This document shows, piece by piece, positions 53,501 to 64,000 of a stretch of DNA of 64,000 nt. The DNA lies in the NCBI GenBank assembly GCA_977030845.1, contig OZ365112.1:23684001-23748000 (forward strand). Direction: 5' to 3'. The stretch is from Fimbriosthenelais zetlandica. Its lineage: Eukaryota. How positions within the stretch are numbered: position 1 is the first letter of the stretch; the number at the start of each line of letters is the position of its first letter. The translations under genes and the position numbers were made by a program. The notes beneath the pieces are model-generated. The model did no database searches. It was not told where the DNA came from and worked only from the letters and a program-made list of their open reading frames with translations.

Positions 53501-56500
53501 CAAAGGGTTATTAATAGTGGTATGATTATTTCCATGGAGTTAATATAAACGGTATAACACTGGAGAGGCCATGAACACAAGCACACTCAACACAGGTGTT
53601 AATGGGTTAGATACGGTCAGTACAAATCAACTACTGATCCTCCTATCAAAATCCCTCAACCTAAGTAATTATCATCTGAAAGCGGAGTTAACAATTGGCC
53701 CTAAATCACAACTCAGATGTATTAACATCCATGCAAATATCAGCCTATTATATGTATGCTATTTGTGATGAGTAGGATATACTATCTCGATGTGGATCTA
53801 TGGTTGGTACACTGGCAAAATACCACACTATCATTTGCACAAACCATGTCAAACACATTTTGTTTCATTCGTCTATCAAGCTTGGTTAAGTAATTGATTT
53901 CATTGTGGATTGATACTAAAGATCCGACCTATTAAGCAAGTCTCTATTGTGCAGCGACCGATACTTCTATATGGAATTGTTCACGATTATTAGGATGCTA
54001 TGATGCATTCAATTCATAGAACGCTCAAAGATAGAATACTGAGGGGAAGGCATTCCTAAAATCACAAATCTACTGCGAGTTCTTTCAAATGATGACAGTG
54101 CCTATTTATCACTAAGGGATCACCCGGTTATACCTAATTAAGTACACGTTATTTCACACATAAATTAGATAACACTTGACACTAGATGGGAACCAAACCA
54201 ATCAGTAATGTAATCTCTGGTGCTTTTTGTTATATCAACGACAAAATAAAAGATGGAGATCTTAATCGTTGAGGGTGGAAGGGGTTAGATCCACTGAGGT
54301 CTTAAGACAAATCCTTTGTGGATGTCTGAAGGAAAGCCCCATGATAAGACCAGTTCTTATATCAGTGGATCTACCGCCCGGTCAGGATGTTCTAGTTTTC
54401 TTACATTCTCGGATTAGCTTCAAATCACAGATTTACAAGTGTACAACGGAATACAGCTGGTGAAGGTAAAGACATGGTATGAGTTACATCTTGTAGTACG
54501 GTAGGCAAAAAGATAGTCACTGCGGATTAAGTGATGCTTATAACGTAAATATATAGAAAACAACCAAATGCAACTCAAGTGATCTACATCACAGGAAACT
54601 GGCGAAAATTCAAAGAAATCATATTTAGTTTGCATGAAGACAGCTAGCGTAGTACGAAAGCTGGTTTTGTGAACATTTCTAATATCTAAATCATATTTAA
54701 ATCAAGTTGCGACATTATTTAGGCTAAACACAATGTGTGAGTGATACTGAATAACAACTATGTTCTGGCCATTAAAAGACTACAGAGTAAAATTAATATT
54801 CAAAGACCATCTAATCAGTGAGGCCACTATCATAATCAATCATATATCCACCGAGGAAGTCATGAGAAATCAGGCCAGTATGCCTACAAGCATTAGACGT
54901 CGATCGAAAATATCCCAAACTCTTGATCTTCGGCCATTGCCTGCACTTACCTTCATTAAACAATTCATTTTCTACATCAAAAACAGCTTCGGCTAGGGCA
55001 GCTTTACTGTAGCCATTTAAGTTCTGAAATATAAATGTAGAATGCGTTAGAGTAAGAAATTGAGGGCTCTGAAAATCAGTCAAAAACAGTCATTCTGCCC
55101 TTAAATTACAGATATGAGAGAATGTCGAGTACTTACATCATCTTGGTAGTATGAAGGGTTATATTGTTGATGCTGTCTGCGGTGGTTAGTTCTGGGGGAG
55201 TCAGTACTGTCTATATGACCCTTGGTATCAGGGCTATCACCGCGGACATCATGCATGGAACTCTGTATGCCCGAGTCCTGCGACGTACAGTCCCTCTCCT
55301 TCTTAGGATCATCATAATGACCATCTAGTTTACTCAGGTTCTGGATATCGGCTGAGGTTTTCTTTATAGAGTTATAGATCTCCTCTGGGTTCATGTTCTC
55401 TGTCTCCAGCTCGTCCATGGCGGCACGGTTAGGTGACGTGCGGTACCTGTGACCAGGTGTGGTGGTAGGACTGGTCACGTTACGAGGCGACAATGGTTCC
55501 GCTTCTTGGTTGGACGACGTGCGTAAATGATTGTGGAGAATCTTGGATGCACCATCCTGATAGAAATTTCAGAAATGAAAATAATTTAGGTTGTGAAAAG
55601 AGAAGGAAGTCAGTTTAATCTTCTTCAAAACTGTAGATCAAATTTGTATAATTCATCAGAGAAAATTGAAGGATTTTCAAGCTGTTATGACTCACCTGGA
55701 ATGTCTTGGGTAAATGCGTTAACATCATAGAGAACTCGGGTGAGTTGAGATTGAACAGAGCTATGAGCACAGCTTGTGCCGCCTGAGAAAAGAGAATAAT
55801 ATTATCAAATAATATTATCAAAATGTTTTGGTACTTCATCACTTAAAAATTTTCTTAAATACTACCCAAATGATACACAGAAACGTGAAAATTGTAATTG
55901 ATAAAAAAGTGTACAATGAGAGTACCACAAAGGTATGTAGTTCATTTTGGACAATGGAAACATGGACTTAATCAATGAATCCATATCAACTATTGGGTCA
56001 TGATGAACCTTCTCAAGATGCATTTGGATATAGTCATTCACAAAATCAGGAAAATGTAGGGGAACATTATTGACATACAGGACAAATATCTCACCCAGGA
56101 ACATGTTAGAAGAAAACAGGATTTTTAACTGTTATTATTGAATATTCAAATCAGATTATTATTATTTTGAATTAAGGAAATTAACATGTTTCCACTTAAC
56201 CCTGCAAGCTGCAGAAGGGTTATAATTCTTATAATTTGTCACCACCTTTTATGTCTATGTCCAAGGCAAGGTTCAAGCTGGGAACATGGGTCTAACTGCC
56301 AATCAGCACCTATCGTTTCATCTAAAGCATTCTTTACAAATAAAGCTTGTCATTCCAGTAGTTTATCTCCAAGCATTATCTAGAATTAGAGCCTTTTCCC
56401 GTACGACCATGCGGACGAAATACACTGACAAATACGGAAGCAGAACACCCTGACTTTTTATCGTTTTGAAACTAACTTTTGGGGTAGATCCACGGAGGCC

Positions 56501-59500
56501 TATAGGACTTAAATGATCATCTCTGTCGGCAAGTTTCCAAACCGCGCTTAGGGGTCTTTAAAAAGGGGAAATCTATGATATGAAACGATATCATACAATC
56601 ATTTCTCAAAAGGTATCCTTATTTAAAGATCTTTCAAGTTCTTAAGACCTCAGTGCATCTACCAGCTAGTTATAAAATACTTAGTATAATATAAATCTTC
56701 CATCATGCTTAATCAGAGCTAACTATTATATTCTAGTCAGACTTCAATTCTTCCTCCTCAGTTTAGTTTATAACCATAATAAAACCAGCTAGGCCCTCCA
56801 AGCCAGTAATCTAATGGCAGATCTTTTTCCCAATGGCAGAAAAAAATGGTTTAACACTACAAAACTGGGGCCAATTAATTAAAGGGGTGAGTAGAGTATA
56901 AACAAATCAAAAATTATAAATCAAAAGAAATTAGGACAATTAAGGGTTTTGGAGATCCGTGTGTAATACCTTTTGAATTGGAGATTTCAATTGGGTCTGT
57001 AGAAGCAAATATTGAACGTATATAAAAGGTTCTAAATATTAAAATATTATTCAACTTTCTTCTTTCAATTCTTTCTGCATTAAACAAGCTTACAACAATG
57101 AACAAACGGGCTATAAGTTTGGACAGCACCTCAAATAGAACACCATTGATGAAACTAGCTTGTAAACTTAATAACTGAATGCAATAAAATCATGCCACTT
57201 CACAGCAATTAAAGAAATACAAATCATGGCCATATGATCTAAATGATGTAATGTGTGGTTCAAAATATAATTAGTATACACTTGTATGAAGACAGTGACA
57301 TCAGCATCATGTAGGGGTGTTATCCTATAACCCTTTCCCAGCTAAAATAGGGGTGTACAAGTCTGTTTCCTGGGGCTTTCTCTAAACAAGTCAAAAACCA
57401 CCGTGACAATAACTGAAGTGATCTAACTCAATCTGCAACATTCAGCACGCTGGTTCCATGAACGATCAATGGAATATTTCCACAGAATATAGGACAAATT
57501 TCAAGTTCATATCCCATGCAATTTTTCGAATTTCAATAGCTGAAATAAGTAAATATAACGAGCGAAAATCTTAAATAAACTGGGCCTGAATCACAAAGAA
57601 GCTTGAGTTGCAGATGTTGGTGATATAATTGCCATGCTGGTGCCACTGTCTTGTAATACCCATTATTCTCACATCGAGTGCATGCCACAAACTCACATGG
57701 GCAAAGCGTACCTTTCTGACGTCGACACTTTTAGGTTCGGTGGTCCATGTGATGATCCGCGAGACGGCCAGGCGCGTGTCGCTGGTGTTGACGAAGTCTG
57801 ACGGGTCCATGAGCAGCGTCAGACCATGGATGTAATTCAGCAGAGCTACTTTAACCTGCAAATAAGTGATGTGTTTATATGAAGGATTACACTTAGAAGA
57901 TTACAGGTTAAGTGGACATGGAAGATGCAGAGGAGAGTAGACCAGAACAGAGAGGCAACATAGCCGATGGAAAGGGTTGATTATATTTCAGGAAAGTTAA
58001 CGTATCTCAACTGACAGGCAGGTAGAAAAGGAAATTCCGATCGCAATTTAACAGTAATCGTTCAATATAATTCAGTAATAATAAGATAAAGGAAAAATGC
58101 TTCTAGGGTAAAGATAAAGACTGCCCAAAAAGTATGCTAAACTTGAAGTATGTAAAATACAACAAATGTTATATTTATGGTAAAGTGGAAATGGAAAACA
58201 TATAAAAGATGTTTTCTTTTCTCAGAAAAGCTGGGTTGAATGCAAAGAAGAGGGGAAAACCAAGACAGAAAGAGAATTCAACAGGCATCGCAAATACATG
58301 TCTTAGTGAAGAGGTGGAAAGGAATGATAAAGACATCTGATAGAAGGTAAAATCCATGCTTATATGTTGTTTGTACTTCTACGTCATGGGATTACAATGG
58401 TGTGATTGTATGCTTCACATAAGGTATGATTAATCTACTAAAAAAAGTTTACATGCTTTTCAATTGATATGAATAACGTATACGTTGGAAGTCTTTCTTA
58501 TATTATGTATAAAATTTCTCAGCTAGAAAAGTTATGGAATGTTCAGGAAATATTGAAATTTCAAAATATGAGCCAAATAATTGCAGTAAGTCAATGAACT
58601 GGCAATGAATATTTGGATTGAAAACCGTAAATACAAAAGGTTACTAACACGGAGGTCGTAATCCAATCGTTGCTGTGTTATAAAGTTACAAGTTTTGTGT
58701 TTGCTTAGCACAAAAGAGGAAAGTATCACAAGAGTTATCTCAGACAATTTTAAAACCTTTCTATCTAATTCAAGGACTCTAGAAAAAGCAGCAAATCTTC
58801 GCGGAACACCCCTTAGATTGAGCCATCAGTTTATATAAATAGACAAAATGTTCAAGATGTCTCGTTCAGGGATGGCTAGGCTAGTTTTTCATCCTTGGTA
58901 TTGTGTATAATGTTAGTAATGGTGTTTCACAGGCGAATAGCAAGACGAACGATCACACAAACAAAACAGTGCTAAATTCATCTCTAGTGGTCTGTGGAAT
59001 TTGAGAATCTGAGTGGAATAAAAAGGAATTCAAATAATTTGATTCGATGTTTAGTAAATTTATTTATCAATCTTTCAATTCCCAATTTCAGACCACCAAA
59101 GATGTGCTAACCAAATAATAACCTAAGTGTGAATTCTAGGATCATTTACCTTAACCTGGGGACCAAGACAATAACATAAACTCATTATAAAACATTGGAT
59201 GTTTATAATCACACAGGGGTTCAATGAACGGAACAAAACTTCTCTCTCAACACTGAGGTAACCCAAGGAGGAGCAGAAGCATGAATCAATGAACAAGTCA
59301 CCCAGCTAACACATAACAACAGTCCATTGAAGCAATGCTGCTTTTTTTGTAAGCCACTAGGCATCTACTATAGAAATCTAAACATTTTGGTACAAAAATC
59401 TGTACAAGAATCTGTATTCTATCATGAACTAATCTGTAATGCGCCAGTCAAAGGAAAGCATTTTCAGAATGAATCTGTTGAAATATTTCTGTTTAGAGAA

Positions 59501-60928
59501 AATATAAAAGGACTGAGCTACACTCACAGGAATTAAGCTACTATTCCATATTATCGCAACCACAACACATACTAAATGAACATAAAATCGAGCGCTCCAT
59601 CAATCGCCACATTTAGGCCCAACAAAGAATGTAATTGTGTTTGGGACACAGACACTGTCAAAAGGTGCATTCTATCAAAAGATATAAATTGTTTTTGAAA
59701 ACCAAAGATTGAGGTATATAGTGAGGAACCTACCTTCAGGTTTGGTGTTTGCGTTTGATCGATGATGAACTTTGTGATGGTGGCAAACTGAAGGTCGAAA
59801 GGGAAGGAATCCCTGTAAAAACGAAAAGATTCATATTAGAAATTAATTCGAAACAACAAGTTTTGCATTATATTAATTAATCAAGGATTGAGTTGGTGTG
59901 TTGACTGACCTGACCGCCTCCAGACATCGTTGGACCTTGCCGTAGACGGAGCCCAGCATGTCAGCACCCATCTTATTGAGAAGGCGAGTAATCAGGACAT
60001 AGAGCCAATCAGATAGCTCCAACTTGTACACCGCCACAAAGTCAATGAGCGTCTCCAGGAACATACTGAATACCTGCAAAATTAACACAGGGAGTTTTCA
60101 TTGAAGCTTATACTATTTTAATGGTTCATAAATTGTTACTAACCCTTTCGGACTAGATGCACTAGGGGCGTAAAGGCCCAGAATAGCCTTGAAGGCAGTC
60201 ACATTAAAATTCTCAAGTCAAATCTAGGTACAGAGGATATGGAAACTTAAAGTCTAGGCTTTATATGTACAAGGGTCAGTAACTGTATGAGAGTTGACTG
60301 GGTTAGGTTTGACAGGAGACACTGAATGTTATAGTGGACACTGGAGCACTGATGCCAGGTAAGTGAGGTATAGGGGTATGTCAAATTGAGAAAAATATAC
60401 AAGTGAAAGGCGGGCGCTCATGTTAATAATACTTCAATAATTTATATCAACAACATCTAAGCAGTATACATCGTTCCTTACGTTATCTCGATGCTGAAAT
60501 TGTGTAGATCCAAAAGTTCAGCTGAGTGTGCACAAAACATTTCAGAAAAAAGTCAACGGGCTTATAGAGTATACTCTATAATACTATATTTTAAAGTAAA
60601 ATGGAAAAGATAGCAGATAAAAAATGTCATACCTTTCCATGAGGGTCGTGGAACATTCGTGTGAAAATCTCTGATATTTTCTTCAGCTCTAGACGACTGC
60701 AAGCAATAAGAAATCACATTATCTATTTATTGTTTAAATTATGTGGAATTTAAGTACAAAAGTAAGCTAGACTTTAAAGAGAATTGAAGAATACAAGAGT
60801 AATCACAGAATAAGAGGGACTTACTTCAGGACCCGGGTACCACGTAGTATGTTTTGTAACGCCACCAAACCTTCCTTTCTGTCAGCCCAGGACGGACTGG
60901 ACAAGTTGTTCAGTATATCCGACACATC
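50428..60928 (-). CDS. CLASP: CLASP (CLIP-associating protein / Orbit-MAST family), 3' portion, 14 exons: 60928-60825, 60696-60633, 60073-59910, 59812-59734, 57855-57712, 55782-55696, 55556-55137, 55023-54951, 52238-52172, 52053-51927, 51745-51617, 51497-51291, 51024-50908, 50538-50428. 5' exons lie outside the window.
   Basis: The spliced translation contains hallmark CLASP segments: SWADRKEGL, IFTRMFHDPHGKVFSMFLETL, DQTQTPNLKVK, RLAVSRIITWTTEPKSVDVRKAAQAVLIALFNLNSPEF, ELSNHNER, WDEHFKTILLLLLETLGD, IIQTAEFPINLAAIKMQSK, GYDNTESSVRKASVFCLVA, NGSKMKLLNLYIKR. All 13 introns are GT-AG, phases match at every junction, and the exons total 1893 nt (631 codons including TGA). Confidence 0.97.
50589..50700. 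repeat. Tandem array of 29-bp palindromic units (3 full + 1 partial) in the last CLASP intron
   Basis: Units at 50614, 50643 and 50672: CTGTGTTGCTTCTTTAAAGCAACACAGCC and variants; each contains tgtgttgctt/aagcaacaca inverted arms. Confidence 0.9.
50908..51024 (-). CDS. CLASP: CLASP penultimate exon, 117 nt, phase 0->0
   Basis: ttttcag|GGGTAT...AGCAAG|gtaaga; GYDNTESSVRKASVFCLVAIYLVMGEDLRPYLKELNGSK. Confidence 0.97.
51092..51285. repeat. Degenerate (GA)n polypurine microsatellite filling most of a CLASP intron
   Basis: Continuous gagaga/gatag-type sequence. Confidence 0.9.
51291..51497 (-). CDS. CLASP: CLASP exon, 207 nt, phase 0->0
   Basis: gtctag|GTAACC...TTAACG|gtcagt; VTRAAEECASTLASSINHEQCVRVLIPIIQTAEFPINLAAIKMQSKVMEIIPRDVLDKLLSDILPGVLT. 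Confidence 0.97.
51617..51745 (-). CDS. CLASP: CLASP exon, 129 nt, phase 0->0
   Basis: ttttcag|CCTGAC...AAAGAG|gtatgt; PDIRALSLRVLREILKYQPNRFKDYAELTILKILEAHKDPMKE. Confidence 0.97.
51927..52053 (-). CDS. CLASP: CLASP exon, 127 nt, phase 2->0 (C-terminal CLIP-binding domain)
   Basis: ccttgacag|ACAAGAG...AATGAC|gtaagc; QEERKNAMLQLIKMTREGTLGVWDEHFKTILLLLLETLGDND. Confidence 0.96.
52172..52238 (-). CDS. CLASP: CLASP exon, 67 nt, phase 1->2
   Basis: atttcag|AAATACC...GAAAG|gtcagt; (E)IPSDESDIIAEILTELSNHNE(R). Confidence 0.94.
54284..54375. mobile_element. MITE family 2, shorter copy (one-end fragment also at ~48168-48190)
   Basis: tagatccactga(ggtcttaag) ... tcagtggatctac; shares ccactgaggtcttaag with 48173. 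Confidence 0.6.
54951..55023 (-). CDS. CLASP: CLASP exon, 73 nt, phase 0->1
   Basis: atttcag|AACTTA...GAAG|gtaagt; NLNGYSKAALAEAVFDVENELFNE. Confidence 0.92.
55137..55556 (-). CDS. CLASP: CLASP exon, 420 nt, phase 0->0 (S/T-rich linker)
   Basis: tatcag|GATGGTGCATCC...GATGAT|gtaagt; DGASKILHNHLRTSS...ETENMNPEEIYNSIKKTSADIQNLS...YNPSYYQDD. Confidence 0.95.
55696..55782 (-). CDS. CLASP: CLASP exon, 87 nt, phase 0->0
   Basis: ttctcag|GCGGCA...TTCCAG|gtgagt; AAQAVLIALFNLNSPEFSMMLTHLPKTFQ. Confidence 0.96.
56483..56663. mobile_element. MITE family 2 (~180 bp) in a CLASP intron
   Basis: TIRs ggtagatccacggaggcct / agacctcagtgcatctacc (16/19 complementary). Confidence 0.65.
57712..57855 (-). CDS. 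CLASP: CLASP exon, 144 nt, phase 0->0
   Basis: tgcag|GTTAAA...AGAAAG|gtacgc; VKVALLNYIHGLTLLMDPSDFVNTSDTRLAVSRIITWTTEPKSVDVRK. Confidence 0.97.
59734..59812 (-). CDS. CLASP: CLASP exon, 79 nt, phase 2->0
   Basis: ttttacag|GGATTCC...CTGAAG|gtaggt; DSFPFDLQFATITKFIIDQTQTPNLK. Confidence 0.95.
59910..60073 (-). CDS. CLASP: CLASP exon, 164 nt, phase 0->2
   Basis: ttgcag|GTATTC...GTCAG|gtcagt; VFSMFLETLIDFVAVYKLELSDWLYVLITRLLNKMGADMLGSVYGKVQRCLEAV. Confidence 0.96.
60633..60696 (-). CDS. CLASP: CLASP exon, 64 nt, phase 2->0
   Basis: cttgcag|TCGTCTAGAG...GGAAAG|gtatga; RLELKKISEIFTRMFHDPHGK. Confidence 0.95.
60825..60928 (-). CDS. CLASP: CLASP exon (TOG3-like region start), 104 nt, phase 0->2
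   Basis: tttcag|GATGTGTCG...CTGAA|gtaagt; DVSDILNNLSSPSWADRKEGLVALQNILRGTRVL. Confidence 0.93.
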
Positions 60929-63232
60929 CTGAAATGAAAAATGAACACTTCATGAAGCAAACTTTAAAGAAATGACTCACAGACAATTTTTAAACTTAGG
61001 TTCTCTACAATGAGACAAGAATGAAGAATAATATCTGGAATATTTGGTTAGGGTTCTATTACAAAGACCATCAATTAAAAACAATATGTTCTCCATCATG
61101 TAAATTACTGATAATAATTCTGTGAAGGATAGATCTATATATTGTTGTGTTAATGTTCAACATTAAATATGTACATCAGCAAGAAGCACAAAAAATAGAA
61201 ACACAATTTTGGCGCTTTGGAATGAAAATTTCAACACTTAAAAACCTCAACATGTTAGTCCTATTTAGAAAGCATTAGGCATGTTCTCTGTTGCTGAATA
61301 AAAGAGAAACATTTTCCTTTTAGTTGAGCAGATTTTGAAAGGCTAAGAGGGGCAGCGCTTTGAAGCATAGCTGCACACCTATAAATGCATCTAGTGTTGT
61401 GGACCCCCAACTGATCAATGGGTAAAAATCAGGTATAAAGTCAGGTATAAAACATGTATACATTCCCTTAGAACAAAACTGTGGGAAAAACTCTCAGAAG
61501 TTTCTTTTTGTAAGTGGGTTCGAAAAACCAAGTAGCATCAAGTCGAAACTTAAAATACAATAACAATTAAACCAGCTCCAATGATTAAACCATTAGGTTT
61601 ATACAGGAAAGGTAACCAAAACATGGAAAAAGAATGTTAGATGTAAAACAGGATCTATGCATATTCTACGTACCATTGGTTCGAACTGCATAAAGCAAAT
61701 GAACCAAAATTATAAGACGATAATGACATAAAATTAACATCTAAATTGAGAGAAATAATTTAAATCTTGAAAGGATTGTGCTAATCTTTGGAACGAAAGC
61801 TAAGCTATGGTTGGTCTGAGCAAGCTGACATCAATGTGTGCATCTGACATGTGGTTGAATCACAGTGAATAATCACAGGGGCGGGAGTGATTGGACGAGA
61901 ACGATTTCACCATCACGAACCTCAAAATGTCAACAAACGAGCACAGCTAATAATGACAGTGCCAAAGACGTTATCAAGCCATTTACAGCAATGAGTGAAT
62001 CTATCAACCAATATATGAAGGATATTAATATATTACTTTGTAATTGAAATAATAAGGAGCTGACACGATCACAAGCTAATGTTACATGGGTGAGGGACAG
62101 CCAATGTGAGAGGCAAGATAAAATACTGAATCAACAAAAAAAACAATTAAAATTATGTATTCGTTCAAATAAAATCAGTTGTGATCAATGAGGAATCTTT
62201 TATTATTTTGTCACCTTTCCGATGAACTCCTCAGGTTTATGAGTAAACTTTAGTATGTAAGAGAAATGAAAATAACACTGCAATTAAATTGACTGTCATA
62301 GTTGGACAATGAATAAAAATAAGAAAAAAACACTAGTACACAAGGATGTCTGAATGCTATACATGTAGGCCATGTCAATAGGAGAGGATGTTCAATATCT
62401 AAGAACAAGGGGCTTGCATGAAATTATGAAACTCTCAAAAATGAAATGCATTTCGCCAGTGAAACTTGCATGCATCGGTTTACATGTTCTGCCTAACGGT
62501 AACACTGAGGACCACCACATTATAACGATATAATGAAAGCAATCTGAGATAATAGAATGGTTATTACTGTGAGTCAGTTACTGTATGTTCTCACAAGTCA
62601 GGACAATGGGCAACATTGGAGCGTGTTTCATCACAAAGATTCACCACACCAGTCAGACAGGTCCTGGTGGGGATTCTGTAGGTGTCAAGACAAAGCTCAG
62701 CAGGACTGTTTTTGTCCCTGCTGTGAGTACATCAGGTCCTATAGCTTCAAGCATGTCTAAAGCAGTCCAGTTAATGGCAGAAGCAGCGATAGCGGCATGA
62801 TTAGAGCACAGTACACTACATATATCTGACTTATGTACTGATAATTATTCAAAAGAAAGCCTGAAAATTATCGAGGGTTAAAAGAAGAAGAGCAGCAACA
62901 GAATGTGATCTTTTCTCCATGAGCTTTGCCGCCTAATCGTGTGTATTGTAGAGAGAGAAAGTATGTTTGTGACTACTTTTTTAAGAGCTGAGGTGAGCTA
63001 AAGGCACACCATGGACTTTTTGAAATGAGTGGAAGCAAATAGGCTGCTGGCAGTATCTGACAGGGCTATACACAGGTCATGCTGGATCATCCATGAGTGG
63101 GTTCAAACTACATAGCAATCAGTCGTCATTTCTTGAAACATATACCATACTTTTTCCGTTTGTATTGTTAAAAATATCTGACTGATTGGTATGGGAACCT
63201 AGGAGTATGTCGAGCGAGGCGCAAGGTCTAAC

Positions 63233-63289
63233 CTGTTCAAAGTTGGGAAACAAATTGGGAGGTTTCTCTCTGTCGTCTTTGATGGTATA
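63233..63289 (-). CDS. Candidate additional or alternative CLASP exon (57 nt, frame-symmetric)
   Basis: Good acceptor (cttctctcgtttcattttgatttctgccag|) and donor (AACAG|gttaga). Open as YTIKDDREKPPNLFPNFEQ (phase 0-0, compatible with the 60928 exon) or xIPSKTTERNLPICFPTLN (phase 2-2). No firm homology recognised. Confidence 0.35.
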
Positions 63290-64000
63290 CTGGCAGAAAT
63301 CAAAATGAAACGAGAGAAGCATTTTAGGGGCTGATCCTCATCGTTCATAAACTTCTCAAGTTGATTAATCAATTTCATAGCTTCTATCGTTTCTTTTTAA
63401 AAAATTCAAAGTCATCGTGAAAAGCAGATAAAAAACATGCACAAATTTCTAATAACGTTGGAAAACCATATACACAAACAGAGTTTGAGAACTATTCTAA
63501 AATAGGAAAGTTGTTTCGAGACAGTTCAGAATAGAGAAATGATCTAGACGACCAATACAATAGAGAAAGTTACACACGACTCAAAATATTATAAGAAAAA
63601 TATTTTTTAAATTTGATCAGATCTAAACTTTCGAGGACTGATCTTGTGCACACTTTCTGGGAAAACATTCTCAATTCATTGCTGATCCATGAGGTTGTAA
63701 TTTCAATATCACACATTGCAGTAGCAGTTGTCCCTTTATAAATTAATTTATAACAAATGTAGTATGATACAGGGACAGTTATTGCTTCTTCACCAGCATC
63801 GGTTAAAGCCCAATCATCAGAGAGGTGCACGCTTCAGTCAAGTCTACATACACACAAGTACAGAGTGAACTACAATCGATAAAAAAGTCGAAATATAATA
63901 CGATTTGATGACAAAAATATCATGAGGTGTTGTACCTTAGAAAGCCTAAGTGAACTCTTGCGTTCACTGATATCGGAAGCCTTTTGGTAAGCACAATGAC

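Noticed and set aside
55493-55556. Apparent frameshift at the start of the 420-nt CLASP exon
   Set aside because: Careful re-reading shows a continuous frame (…NQEAEPLSPRN…); the ORF track simply starts at an internal TTG.
62215-62247. 33-nt CLASP microexon (FTHKPEEFIGK)
   Set aside because: Weak donor (GTGACA) and AAG acceptor, no homology; such candidates arise easily in AT-rich introns.
1-64000. tRNA, rRNA or other structured ncRNA genes
   Set aside because: No cloverleaf, A/B-box pair or rRNA-like sequence was recognised by eye; a tRNAscan-SE/Infernal run would be needed to exclude them.

Overview
Eukaryotic (metazoan, most likely invertebrate deuterostome/echinoderm-like; taxon is inference) genomic DNA. 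No prokaryotic features are present. Right third: the 3' end of a CLASP (CLIP-associating protein) gene on the minus strand. I reconstructed 14 exons (60928->50428) with canonical GT-AG sites and mutually consistent phases, giving 1893 nt = 630 aa + stop; the 5' part lies beyond position 64000. Left ~44 kb: no intact recognisable gene, but a graveyard of decayed sequence, including Ty3/Gypsy RT-RNaseH-integrase remnants, a possible Mutator transposase remnant, many copies of a ~90-bp palindromic MITE and several unidentified stop-interrupted frames. Within it are a few well-preserved splice signals on the minus strand. The best is a polypyrimidine-TAG|GTAAGT junction at 9143, the signature of a recursive-splicing site, followed 42 nt later by a second GTAAGT. 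Together with a CpG-rich island and strong donor at ~44.5 kb and a phase-compatible stop-containing exon at 8682-8573, this suggests an unannotated minus-strand gene with a very large TE-filled intron (hypothesis only). All calls were made by eye; TE boundaries are approximate.
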